A DNA stretch of 64,000 nt. Source: Candidatus Tayloriibacteriota bacterium (GTDB lineage: Bacteria; Patescibacteriota; Minisyncoccia; Phycocordibacterales; CAIZLB01). The notes under the pieces were generated by a model that worked only from the letters and a program-made list of their open reading frames with translations, did not search any database and had not been told where the DNA came from. This document shows, one piece after another, positions 55,268 through 64,000 of this stretch. The DNA is taken from positions 12,134 through 76,133 of the forward strand of contig VEQN01000002.1 of NCBI GenBank assembly GCA_018883165.1, in the 5' to 3' direction. Position 1 is the first letter of the stretch, and each line of letters opens with the position of its first letter. The position numbers and the translations under genes were made by a program.

Positions 55268-56815
55268 ATGAAATATATAAATTGTTTACGTGTATTATTA
55301 GTTCCTGTATTCATATATGTACTCTCATATACAATAGCTGATGCCCAAGCACAAATACCTAATCAGTGTATTTTGCTCACTGAGAGTCTTGGAAGAGGGG
55401 TAGATGATTCTGAAACAAATTCGCAAGTTTCACTTCTACAGAATTTTTTAATTAGTAATAGATACCTTAATCTTCAAGTGCCTACGGGTTACTTTGGATC
55501 GAAAACTGCCTCAGCTGTTCGAGCATTTCAATCCGCGAACGGTGTATCAGCTACTGGTTTTGTCGGTCCGAGAACTAGGAATCTATTAAGAAATATCACT
55601 TGTGGTAATACGGTAGTACCGCCACCTGGTACAACTATCAACCCGACAGCGTTGAGATTGGTTACTAATTTTTCAAATAATGAAAATGGATCATCTACTT
55701 TCTCACTTGCGATTCAGAATCCACTTACTTCTACCACTCGGCAGTATGCATTTGAAGTAAATTGTCCATCAGGTATATCTTTGTATTACAAAGGTCAATC
55801 TGCATGTGGTAATTTCTCAACTGCTTCTGATGTAACACAGATGCAGATCTCTGTACAAAACACTTCAGAGTCGTCACAGACTATACCTATAAAGATAATT
55901 GCAATAGGTAGTTATTTCGACAGGTTAGGGGAATATGTTCATAACATTTCAGTTAGTGGTAAGCAAATACAGCAAACAATCAATGTTTTAAGTCCTCAAA
56001 ATACAAATCAAGTATATACTCGTCTGGCAACTACAAGTATATATTGGAATTCCACCGGTACGATTAATGCGCTCAAGATTGATTTAGTAAGAACACATAG
56101 CTCAACAACTGAGAGTGTGTTTAATATAGCAAATAATGTTCAGAATACTGGTGAATACAGGTGGTATATCCCTTCTGGTGTACCGGTCGGGTCTGGGTAT
56201 AAATACAAAATAAGTGATGCGAACAATCAATCTTTAAGTTCTCTATCTACACGAACCTTCTCAGTCGAGGAAGAACTTTCTGCACGTAAAAATATTACAT
56301 CCTTTGGATTTAATTCTTTGTATGCTCAAGGAAACATCGACAACAACACAAAGACAATTACCATCCAGGTACCTCAAGGTACAAATCTCACTGCACTTAC
56401 CCCAACCATCACAGTCTCACAAGGTGCACGAATTTCACCAGCATCAGGTGTGGCACAAAACTTCACTAGTCCAAAGACATATACAGTGACAGCACAAAAT
56501 GGTACGGTTCAGACGTATACGGTGAGGGTAAATGCTGCTGGCGGATCAAGCGCTAAAGAAATTACTGATTTTAGATTTAGATCATTAAATGTAGTTGGAA
56601 CTATTGATAATCTATCATCTCCAAGAGTTATATCTGTCACTGTACCTGCAAACACACCACTAACATCTATGACTCCTACAATAACAGTTGCTCAGGGAGC
56701 ATCTGTTACACCTGCAAGTGGTCAGCCTCGAGACTTCAGATCTCCGGTTGATTACACAGTAACTGCTCAAAATGGATCTAGTGTAACGTATCGAGTGTTT
56801 GTAAATAAGAGATAG
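55268..56815 (+). CDS. secreted peptidoglycan-binding-domain protein with two C-terminal Ig-like repeats
   Basis: Signal peptide; PG_binding_1-like segment (SQVSLLQNFLISNRYLN...YFGSKTASAVRAFQSANG); two 88-aa tandem repeats. Confidence 0.6.
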   Translation: MKYINCLRVLLVPVFIYVLSYTIADAQAQIPNQCILLTESLGRGVDDSETNSQVSLLQNFLISNRYLNLQVPTGYFGSKTASAVRAFQSANGVSATGFVGPRTRNLLRNITCGNTVVPPPGTTINPTALRLVTNFSNNENGSSTFSLAIQNPLTSTTRQYAFEVNCPSGISLYYKGQSACGNFSTASDVTQMQISVQNTSESSQTIPIKIIAIGSYFDRLGEYVHNISVSGKQIQQTINVLSPQNTNQVYTRLATTSIYWNSTGTINALKIDLVRTHSSTTESVFNIANNVQNTGEYRWYIPSGVPVGSGYKYKISDANNQSLSSLSTRTFSVEEELSARKNITSFGFNSLYAQGNIDNNTKTITIQVPQGTNLTALTPTITVSQGARISPASGVAQNFTSPKTYTVTAQNGTVQTYTVRVNAAGGSSAKEITDFRFRSLNVVGTIDNLSSPRVISVTVPANTPLTSMTPTITVAQGASVTPASGQPRDFRSPVDYTVTAQNGSSVTYRVFVNKR

Positions 56816-56828
56816 GACTATGAAAACA

Positions 56829-56862
56829 ATAAAACCCCGCATGTAGCGGGGTTTTATTGTTT
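56829..56862. terminator. bidirectional terminator
   Basis: aaaaccccgcatgtagcggggtttt. Confidence 0.7.
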
Positions 56863-56868
56863 CTTAGC

Positions 56869-57216
56869 TTACGCTGTAACTTGTTTTACAAGTCTTTCAA
56901 ATGCTGCTGGAGCATTCTGAGCAAGGTCAGCAAGGATCTTTCGATCAACTTCCATACCTTTCTTCTTCATCGCACCAATGAACTTACTGTATGTATGTCC
57001 AAGTGGTCGGAGAGCGGCATTGATTCGAACATTCCAGAGTCTTCGAAAGTCACCTTTCTTGTCTCGTCGATGAGCAAACATGCTTGCATATGAGTGTACC
57101 AACTGTTCGTATGCAAATTTTTCTTTATTCTTTCGGCCGTTTCGGAAACCCTTAGCTGCTTTGAGAATATTTCGTCGTGTCTTAAGTGCGTGTACACCTT
57201 TTTTTACTCGTACCAT
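56869..57216 (-). CDS. rplT: 50S ribosomal protein L20
   Basis: MVRVKKGVHALKTRRN... L20. Confidence 0.93.
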   Translation of the reverse strand: MVRVKKGVHALKTRRNILKAAKGFRNGRKNKEKFAYEQLVHSYASMFAHRRDKKGDFRRLWNVRINAALRPLGHTYSKFIGAMKKKGMEVDRKILADLAQNAPAAFERLVKQVTA

Positions 57217-57247
57217 ATATGTGAATTATTGAAGTGGGTAAGGGAAA

Positions 57248-57439
57248 TTAGATTGTGTGAGTTGCAAGGAATCGTCGTTTCTCTCGCTGTGTCAATACAA
57301 TCTGCTGTGCTCGACCTTTTTTAATTTGTGTCCGGCCACTTTCTTTTGAGTTAAAGTGGTTCTGACCAGCTTTTCGTGAAATGATCTTTCCGTTCTTTGT
57401 CACTTTGAGCCGTTTTGAAAATGATTTATTTGTTTTCAT
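57248..57439 (-). CDS. rpmI: 50S ribosomal protein L35
   Basis: MKTNKSFSKRLKVTKNGKI...; start set at the internal Met of the ORF-track entry. Confidence 0.85.
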   Translation of the reverse strand: MKTNKSFSKRLKVTKNGKIISRKAGQNHFNSKESGRTQIKKGRAQQIVLTQREKRRFLATHTI

Positions 57440-57509
57440 GGTTCTCTTGTTACGCGAGGCGCCTCGTATGCTACGGGGTCTTAGAGTGCCTTGTTGTTTA
57501 TAATTAAGT

Positions 57510-58022
57510 CTACGCTTTCTCGATTCCAATAGTCATACCTTTAGGGCTCTTCTTTGCGGCTTCATTTATCTTGAAATCTACACTGATGAGCTTTAGGATT
57601 CTATCAAGTCGTTCCTTGAGGAACTTCTCATCGAGAAACTTAGTTCTTCCTGTGAGGAAGAGATCAAGTCTGATTCTGTGACCTTCAGCTAACCATTCTG
57701 AGGCTTTTTTAGCCTTTAATACGAGGTCGTGCTCTCCGGTACCTATCTTTACTTGAAGACTTTTGACTTCAACGGTCTTTGCATTAGCTTTAGCGGCCTT
57801 TTGCTTCTTGTTTTCGTCGTATTGGAATTTACCATAATCTGCTATTTTTGCAACAGGAGGAAGGGCTTTTGGAGAGATTTCAATGAGGTCTAAGTTATGT
57901 TCTTTGGCAATTTTTAGAGCCTCAGATACTGATACGATACCTATGTTTTCACCAGCTGGGCCCAAGAGGCGAACTTCTGGTACTCGGATTTGGTGATTTA
58001 TACGAACCTGTGGAGTCTGCAA
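57510..58022 (-). CDS. infC: translation initiation factor IF-3
   Basis: INHQIRVPEVRLLGPAGENIG and IF-3 C-domain; start codon uncertain, since IF-3 genes often use a rare start. Confidence 0.88.
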   Translation of the reverse strand: MQTPQVRINHQIRVPEVRLLGPAGENIGIVSVSEALKIAKEHNLDLIEISPKALPPVAKIADYGKFQYDENKKQKAAKANAKTVEVKSLQVKIGTGEHDLVLKAKKASEWLAEGHRIRLDLFLTGRTKFLDEKFLKERLDRILKLISVDFKINEAAKKSPKGMTIGIEKA

Positions 58023-58090
58023 TGTAGTATTAAAAATATATTAAATTTGTATTAATGACCAATTTATACCATATATATGGGTTTTTTGCA

Positions 58091-59185
58091 CTACAATAGC
58101 TTTCTAATCGGCCAAACTAGCATATCTTTGCACTTTTCCAAGAAAGACCTGTTCTCCCATGCTTCAAGAGTTACTTTCTTGGATTCTGCAAGATCCCTCT
58201 CGTGCATCGTCCTTAATTCCTTCGCACAGTCTGAGTTGGTAGAGACAATTGCGCATTCGAAGTTGTATCGAAGACTTATGTTATCCATGTTTAAAGTTCC
58301 AATCATTGACCATTCATCATCAATCACGGCTGTCTTAGCATGTATCATCCTTGGGTATTGATAGATCTCCATCTTCTTTGAAAGGAATGTGTGATAGTAG
58401 GTGTGTGATCCATGATCCACGATTCTATGATCACTTCTTTCTGGCACAAGTATTTTGACTTGCACACCCCTTTTACGTGCTTGTCTTAATACTCGATATA
58501 GCTTGTGGTCAGGAAGAAAGTATGGAGTCGTAATATATACATATGACTTTGCTTGTTTGATTGCGTCAATGAATGAGTGATACAGGAATCTCTCACCTGG
58601 AAGTGGTGCCTGTGTGACAAAGGAAAAATTATCTACATTAGTTCGCCATTCTCTGCCAAGGTTTACATATCTCTTCTTGTACACTTTTTTCCATGTCTTT
58701 TCAGCGACTTGCGCTGCCTGTTCAGTGATTGGCCCTTCGATTCTGATCGATGTATCTCTCCATTTCTCCATTCTCTTTCCAAAGCAAAATCCTCCTGTGT
58801 ACAGTGTCTTCTTGTCAATTAGAATGATTCTCCTATGGTTTCTGAAATACCACAGTTTCTTATTATGCTTTGAAAAGGGGAGTAGCCAATTGAAGAAGCG
58901 TATGTGTACACCGCTTGTTTTGAACTTCTGCATGTACAGAGAGTTACCTAATGCAAGGCTTCCAATTGAGTCAACCAGTATGCGTACCTGAACACCCTCA
59001 GAGGCTTTCTGTGTGAGTAGTTCCAAGAAACGTTCACCTACAGCATCGTGATTTAAGATGAACGCTTCAATATATATGGACTCCTTAGACTCTTTGAGAT
59101 CTGAATATATAGATTCGAGTACCGATTCGGTATCCTGAAAGATATTCCATGTATGTGAGGTTTGTTGAGGTGATACAGGTTTCAT
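58091..59185 (-). CDS. phospholipase D / cardiolipin synthase family protein
   Basis: Two HKD-like motifs (HRRIILID; HAKTAVIDDEWSMIGTLNMD). Confidence 0.75.
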   Translation of the reverse strand: MKPVSPQQTSHTWNIFQDTESVLESIYSDLKESKESIYIEAFILNHDAVGERFLELLTQKASEGVQVRILVDSIGSLALGNSLYMQKFKTSGVHIRFFNWLLPFSKHNKKLWYFRNHRRIILIDKKTLYTGGFCFGKRMEKWRDTSIRIEGPITEQAAQVAEKTWKKVYKKRYVNLGREWRTNVDNFSFVTQAPLPGERFLYHSFIDAIKQAKSYVYITTPYFLPDHKLYRVLRQARKRGVQVKILVPERSDHRIVDHGSHTYYHTFLSKKMEIYQYPRMIHAKTAVIDDEWSMIGTLNMDNISLRYNFECAIVSTNSDCAKELRTMHERDLAESKKVTLEAWENRSFLEKCKDMLVWPIRKLL

Positions 59186-59205
59186 GTACTTGTATCATAC
59201 CGTAT

Positions 59206-59874
59206 TTACTGGTCCCATTGAAGGAGTTTCCATCTTTTCTCTGGTGGTAGCAGTTTTCTCCCAAGCCACCCATCACCAAAGAAGCTGCTTGTATATTCAA
59301 TCACTGTAATCGAAGCGTTATTCGAAGCGTTTGTGTAGCTGAGCAAATTGTATTTTTTTGCAGTAAGATTCTCTCGGTACAGAATGTATGAAGCAATCAT
59401 TTTTAAGAAGATACTATGTGTCACAACCAATACGGTCTTTTCAGGTCGGTGAGCGAGATATACCAAAAGTCTTCGCGCCCGCTCCTTTAGGTCAGTGAAA
59501 TTCTCCTCATCAGAATATCTATAGTTGTCATCGTGATAACTTCGATCAATTAAATCAACAATATATTTCACTTTAGGATCGTCTGCTGATTGGTTTACGA
59601 TTTCAGAAGGATTCCTGCGTTCAACTAAAAGATCAACGTACTCAATCGGTTTTTTAGATTTCACGTATTTTGCGATCTCTGCTGCAGTTTCTTTTGTTCG
59701 TTGGAAAGGACTTACAAGGAAAGCATCAAATTTGACAGGTGTTAATCTTTTTCCAGTCCAGTTTGCCTGCTCAATACCTTTAGGGCTCAAAGATCCATCC
59801 GGTCCTTGTCGTATATGTGCAGCATTCAAGAGACTTTCACCATGTCTTATGAGATAAAAAGTTTTTTTTGCCAT
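59206..59874 (-). CDS. histidine phosphatase family (phosphoglycerate mutase-like)
   Basis: FYLIRHGESLLN RHG motif. Confidence 0.75.
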   Translation of the reverse strand: MAKKTFYLIRHGESLLNAAHIRQGPDGSLSPKGIEQANWTGKRLTPVKFDAFLVSPFQRTKETAAEIAKYVKSKKPIEYVDLLVERRNPSEIVNQSADDPKVKYIVDLIDRSYHDDNYRYSDEENFTDLKERARRLLVYLAHRPEKTVLVVTHSIFLKMIASYILYRENLTAKKYNLLSYTNASNNASITVIEYTSSFFGDGWLGRKLLPPEKRWKLLQWDQ

Positions 59875-59878
59875 ATTG

Positions 59879-60538
59879 CTATTCAGGTTTACTAGTTGTT
59901 TCTTCTTCTACTGTATCTTCAATCTCGGTATCATATATATCCTCATCTTCTTCGTATACCGGTTTTGTTTTTCCAGCTGCATGATGCATGAGATGTTGAG
60001 CGAGTTCTCGAGCAATTTTAGTATCGATAAGTGGTAGAAGGAAATCTCCACTCTTGTTGCCACTAGATCTTCGAAGTACGTCTTTGTCGGATACGGTCAT
60101 GATATCAAGCCGTGCAAGACCGAGGAGTCTGTAGAAATATGGTCGTACTAAATGCACGTTACTTATTTGTTGATATGGGATGACACTTTCTTTAATCATG
60201 AATAGTCCTTCACGTAGATGGAATGCATGTTTATCAATCTTGAACCTGATTTTTCGATGAAGTACTTTCGAACGAACGTAGCCAACGATAATGAGTGAGA
60301 TTGCCAGCATGGCAATCCACTGGGAGAACATTGAGACAGTTATGTATAGGTCAGGGAATTGTGAGAGGAATACGTTGGTTTCATCTTGTAGTTCTCCAAA
60401 ATACATTTGAAAAGCTAGATAGAAGAGAAAACCAGCTAAAGTAAAGAAAATCCATCCGTAGCGTACTAGAAAGAAGGTGAGCGATCTTCGTCCGCAGTGA
60501 TATACCTTATCGTATTCAAGCATAACTATATTGTACAT
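59879..60538 (-). CDS. membrane protein with bacterial PH (bPH_2 / YdbT-like) domain
   Basis: Two TM helices then PH-like domain; acidic C-terminal tail. Confidence 0.5.
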   Translation of the reverse strand: MYNIVMLEYDKVYHCGRRSLTFFLVRYGWIFFTLAGFLFYLAFQMYFGELQDETNVFLSQFPDLYITVSMFSQWIAMLAISLIIVGYVRSKVLHRKIRFKIDKHAFHLREGLFMIKESVIPYQQISNVHLVRPYFYRLLGLARLDIMTVSDKDVLRRSSGNKSGDFLLPLIDTKIARELAQHLMHHAAGKTKPVYEEDEDIYDTEIEDTVEEETTSKPE

Positions 60539-60598
60539 GGCTTTTATTCACTTTTCTAGCATGCAGATTTAGATGAAGTGTGATATGTTGATATTCCA

Positions 60599-61579
60599 AT
60601 GAAGAAAATTGTACCTGTGTATAAAAAGGTAAGGTCAAAGCTACACTCATTCATGACTACAAGTACGTATGCTCCTTTTGTAGAAGGAACGATTTTCTTC
60701 TTCTCAGGCGTTGGTGCAGTCTTTGTTTTTGTATTACTTGCTATGCAAATCGGTATCTTTAACGTACGCGGCTCTATTTCCGAGAGAAATACATTTTTTA
60801 CGGAATATAGCTTAGATGAGAAAGCTGCTCAGGAAGCTGTTCAACATATATCAAAAGCTGGTGAAGTGGGTATTGCGAAAGAACGAGTAAAGCTTTTTCC
60901 TCAAGTTGATTTCTCATGGTTATACACGAGTGAATGGGAGACATTGAAAGGTGCCCTCTACAAAGACCGGGAAGTCATTCGAAAAGCTGCGTATGAAGTG
61001 GGCATATCACCACGTGTATTGGTGAGTGTGGTGATTGCGGAACAATTAAGATTCTTTACATCAGACAGGGAGTCGTTCAAGAAGTTTTTTGAGCCATTAA
61101 AAATACTCGGGACACTCTCTCAGTTTTCTTTAGGTGTTTCTGGCATTAAACCTGAAACTGCTGAATTGATTGAAAAGAATCTTCAAGATGAGAGCTCTTC
61201 CAGATACATATCAGATCCCCAGATTAAAAACATTCTCAATCTGTCTCAAACGGAGATTGAGAAATATGGCTCATCAGATATTTCACGTGCTCGATTTGAT
61301 AGATTAACTGACTCCAAGAATCACTACTACTCATACTTGTATACTGCTTTGTTCATAAAGCAAATTGAAACTGAGTGGAAGAAAGCAGGGTTTGATATAT
61401 CAAACAGGCCAGAGATATTAGCCACATTGTTTAATCTAGGGTTCGATAAGTCTGTTCCTAAGGCAGATCCGAAAGTTGCAGGTTCTCAAATTGTGCTTGA
61501 TGGAAAGACATATACGTTTGGAGAACTGGCGTTTGCTTTCTACTACTCAGGGGATCTTTCTAGTGTTTTTGGATACTAA
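60599..61579 (+). CDS. hypothetical membrane-anchored protein
   Basis: 326 aa, one N-terminal TM helix. Confidence 0.5.
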   Translation: MKKIVPVYKKVRSKLHSFMTTSTYAPFVEGTIFFFSGVGAVFVFVLLAMQIGIFNVRGSISERNTFFTEYSLDEKAAQEAVQHISKAGEVGIAKERVKLFPQVDFSWLYTSEWETLKGALYKDREVIRKAAYEVGISPRVLVSVVIAEQLRFFTSDRESFKKFFEPLKILGTLSQFSLGVSGIKPETAELIEKNLQDESSSRYISDPQIKNILNLSQTEIEKYGSSDISRARFDRLTDSKNHYYSYLYTALFIKQIETEWKKAGFDISNRPEILATLFNLGFDKSVPKADPKVAGSQIVLDGKTYTFGELAFAFYYSGDLSSVFGY

Positions 61580-62384
61580 TCAATGATGGTTTTATCTTGG
61601 TATATATTGCCTCAAATGTATCAAACAGGGAATCAACCTCATCGCGTATATATATTTCTCTAACGGTGTACAAAAACATTTTGTTTTGAGTAAGTTCAAG
61701 ATGAAGCGTATCCATATTGTGTAAAATATACTCCATAGTATCTGGTGTAAGTATTTGATATGCTTCGATTTCATACTCCTTCTCCACATATACCTCACGT
61801 TCCTTGCTGAAGTTTCCCTCAAGAGTAATTTTCCTCATATATTGAGGTAATGTACTGTGGTTGATGAAGTGATTTCCAAATACAAACTCATGCATGGTGT
61901 CCCATATGAGTATATGAGGAACTTGCACAGACAGTGTTGCTTCAAGGACGTTGAAATGGTATGTTCTTTTGTGTTTACCACTACCAACTGTATATGTATA
62001 TAGGTAATACGCAGATTTTGTATCATGAAAACTTCCGTGGATGTATTGAACAATATGTTGTGTGTGCTTACGTTCTGAAAGAAATGCATCATCAATGGTT
62101 TCTTTTTTAAGATCTAGATATCTCCAACCATGTGCTTCAGCAACCTGTGCATAGAATCTATTCTTTGTTTTAACTGTGGAAAGTCCATATATGATGAAAA
62201 AGGGGACAAGGGGAATGAAGAAAGTTGGTGATGCAAAGAATACATAGTTATCGACATGCCAGGAGAGAAAAAGCAGTACGATGTATATAGGTAAGATGTA
62301 TTTGTATGCTAAAAATCCGTATTTTCGGTTAAATTCTTTAAGCGTATCTTTATATATATTTGTGATGATACCTGCCTGGGTCAT
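61560..62384 (-). CDS. hypothetical membrane protein
   Basis: 274 aa, 2-3 TM helices near the N-terminus. Confidence 0.5.
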   Translation of the reverse strand: MTQAGIITNIYKDTLKEFNRKYGFLAYKYILPIYIVLLFLSWHVDNYVFFASPTFFIPLVPFFIIYGLSTVKTKNRFYAQVAEAHGWRYLDLKKETIDDAFLSERKHTQHIVQYIHGSFHDTKSAYYLYTYTVGSGKHKRTYHFNVLEATLSVQVPHILIWDTMHEFVFGNHFINHSTLPQYMRKITLEGNFSKEREVYVEKEYEIEAYQILTPDTMEYILHNMDTLHLELTQNKMFLYTVREIYIRDEVDSLFDTFEAIYTKIKPSLISIQKH

Positions 62385-62424
62385 ATGTATAGTATCTCAA
62401 GTAACAAAGTTCGTGTAAACAAAA

Positions 62425-62456
62425 ACCACCGCACTCTCCACGTGCGGTGGTTTTGT
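62425..62456. terminator. terminator for minus-strand HTH gene
   Basis: ccaccgcac-tctcca-cgtgcggtgg flanked by A/T runs. Confidence 0.55.
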
Positions 62457-62470
62457 GAGGTGGTGACCGA

Positions 62471-62701
62471 TCAGACGTGAGCTGGTTTGAGCGAGTCGAG
62501 GAATTGGCAAAGTTCGCGCCTGATGAAGTTGATCATGCGGTAAACGGCTTCGACCGTACGATTCATGGCAGTTGCGATTTCGGACGGCTTTTTCTTTTCC
62601 ATCAGGAGTTCCGCAATCATGCGATAGGGATAACCGATGGATAAGAGGAAGTCATCAATCCAGGACTGTGCTGCTTGTGGCTCGGGACGTGTGCGTTTCA
62701 T
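62471..62701 (-). CDS. small sigma-70 region-4-like HTH protein in high-GC island
   Basis: 76 aa; PYRMIAELLMEKKKPSEIATAMNRTVEAVYRMI resembles ECF sigma region 4 HTH; about 52% GC. Confidence 0.4.
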   Translation of the reverse strand: MKRTRPEPQAAQSWIDDFLLSIGYPYRMIAELLMEKKKPSEIATAMNRTVEAVYRMINFIRRELCQFLDSLKPAHV

Positions 62702-62914
62702 GTTTTGCTGGGTGTTGTGGGTTGCTGGGTCGTTTCATACAGGGGACAGGATGTCCTTCGTACGTGGAGTTTTTGGTTGTCAGGGGACAACTTACACGTA
62801 TATGCTACGACTATATGATGTGTGTGTCAATGTCTTATCCTGAAATCTGGTATCTGAAGTTAGAACTTGTTTGGTTGAAAGAGTAGGTAGATCATTCTTC
62901 TTTTAAGCTATTGT

Positions 62915-62923
62915 TGATATACT
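62915..62923 (+). promoter_or_regulatory. extended -10 TGaTATACT 8 nt before ATG
   Basis: tgatatact gttactgt ATG. Confidence 0.4.
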
Positions 62924-62931
62924 GTTACTGT

Positions 62932-64000
62932 ATGGAAATGAAAGGATCTGTAGAAGCAGTAATTAAAGACTTCAATATTTCAATAACTACTGGATATGCG
63001 GGGTATTTAGCCTCCGATATTCTTTATTCTGCACCTAATTATGTCTCTGCTGTTAATGAGACAGTGGCAGTTGATTTTGCACATATTCACTCATACTTAG
63101 GTAAAAGGTCTCTTGTAGTCATGAAGAATGCAGGACTTAATGAGTCTTTATTGCCGATAATCAATTCTTGCATACTTGGTACAAATGCTGGAATGGTACT
63201 GTGGATTATTGATGATCTGCTTGCTGAAGCATCAGAAATCGCGCAGGATTCTAGCAAGTTAATTAAAACAATAGGCATCAAACCTCTACGTCCAAAAAAC
63301 TGGAAACAATTATATCAATATACTCGAAAAGCATATGAAATGAGTGAGACCAGAAAAATACCTCAAATAATCATAATAAACAACAATTTGTTTAGTTCTC
63401 CAATAGAGCATGTTGCCAATCCACTTAAGGATACAAATTTTCCTTCAAAAAAGATGTCAGTGTTACATCCCAATATTTCTAAAGGGTATATTGATACATA
63501 CAACAAACGTAGACAGACTATGACTTCAATGTTTCCAAAGATTAAAGAGAAAACAGCTTTTACTGGGAAATTAAATACGACTATATATTCTGATTTGTTT
63601 AAGTCGATTCCAAAAGACGAGTTTGATATTGTGATAGGGGATTTTGGAACATATACATTAGCAGAGGGGAGCATAATCCAGTATGGACTACACTACGGCT
63701 CAGCAATGGCTTGTGGTATCGGCGCTGAAATAGCTGGAAAGAAACCTCTGGTATTTGTCGGAGAGGGTGGATTAACATCTGGTTTTGAATCAGTAATTGA
63801 GTTAGTTAGAAAGAAGACAAATATTAAGATTATCCTCATAGAGAACGGGGGAATATCTAAACAGGAAGATGTTGGGTTTGATATTTGTGAGATGTTAGAA
63901 AATCTCAAAATACCAGTTGAGAAAGTTTTAAGTACTGAGGTTTCAAAACTACCTGAACTATTGAAGAGAGGTGGTTTACTAGTCGTCTCTGTGCGGTATT
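62932..64000 (+). CDS. TPP-binding-fold protein (2-oxoacid oxidoreductase/decarboxylase-like), 3' partial at the window edge
   Basis: Open frame to window end, not in ORF track because it has no stop; GSAMACGIGAEIAG...FVGEGGL...IILIENGG resembles the TPP-binding motif with GEG in place of GDG. Confidence 0.35.
   Translation, partial: MEMKGSVEAVIKDFNISITTGYAGYLASDILYSAPNYVSAVNETVAVDFAHIHSYLGKRSLVVMKNAGLNESLLPIINSCILGTNAGMVLWIIDDLLAEASEIAQDSSKLIKTIGIKPLRPKNWKQLYQYTRKAYEMSETRKIPQIIIINNNLFSSPIEHVANPLKDTNFPSKKMSVLHPNISKGYIDTYNKRRQTMTSMFPKIKEKTAFTGKLNTTIYSDLFKSIPKDEFDIVIGDFGTYTLAEGSIIQYGLHYGSAMACGIGAEIAGKKPLVFVGEGGLTSGFESVIELVRKKTNIKIILIENGGISKQEDVGFDICEMLENLKIPVEKVLSTEVSKLPELLKRGGLLVVSVRY

Noticed and set aside
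1-64000. CRISPR arrays, tRNA or rRNA genes
   Set aside because: No direct-repeat/spacer periodicity and no convincing cloverleaf-compatible T-loop motifs found in intergenic regions by manual inspection; a tRNAscan-type tool should confirm.

Overview
This 64 kb window is low-GC (about 40%) bacterial DNA in the standard genetic code. It is dominated by a fragmented str/S10/spc/alpha ribosomal super-operon. Upstream sit tpiA-pgk, a HIT protein, recJ, rnhA, a split comEC, sodA, rpmB and an M50 protease. Downstream sit adk, map, a soluble TraG/VirD4-like ATPase, ndk, a beta-CASP RNase, infC-rpmI-rplT on the minus strand, a PLD-family protein and several hypothetical genes. The ribosomal block runs rpsL-rpsG, fusA, then tuf-rpsJ-rplCDWB, then rpsS through secY. 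It lacks L30, carries a Zn-type S14 (rpsZ), and shows almost no Shine-Dalgarno motifs. Many r-proteins and housekeeping enzymes have Lys/Arg-rich extensions. At least eight genes have extended -10 elements of the type TGaTATACT placed 6-9 nt before the ATG. Together these traits suggest a small-genome Patescibacteria/CPR-like organism (inference). The ribosomal block is interrupted five times by accessory DNA. One 8 kb insert between secY and adk carries a Liv-type ABC transporter that contains an orphan MazF/PemK-like toxin gene and a family II pyrophosphatase, and sits downstream of a truncated substrate-binding-protein pseudogene. Two TrmB-like regulator / orphan Liv-SBP divergent pairs occur. 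Several small high-GC islands (48-58% GC) are bounded by terminators and mostly encode small minus-strand genes, consistent with horizontal acquisition. No tRNA, rRNA or CRISPR arrays were detected by eye.
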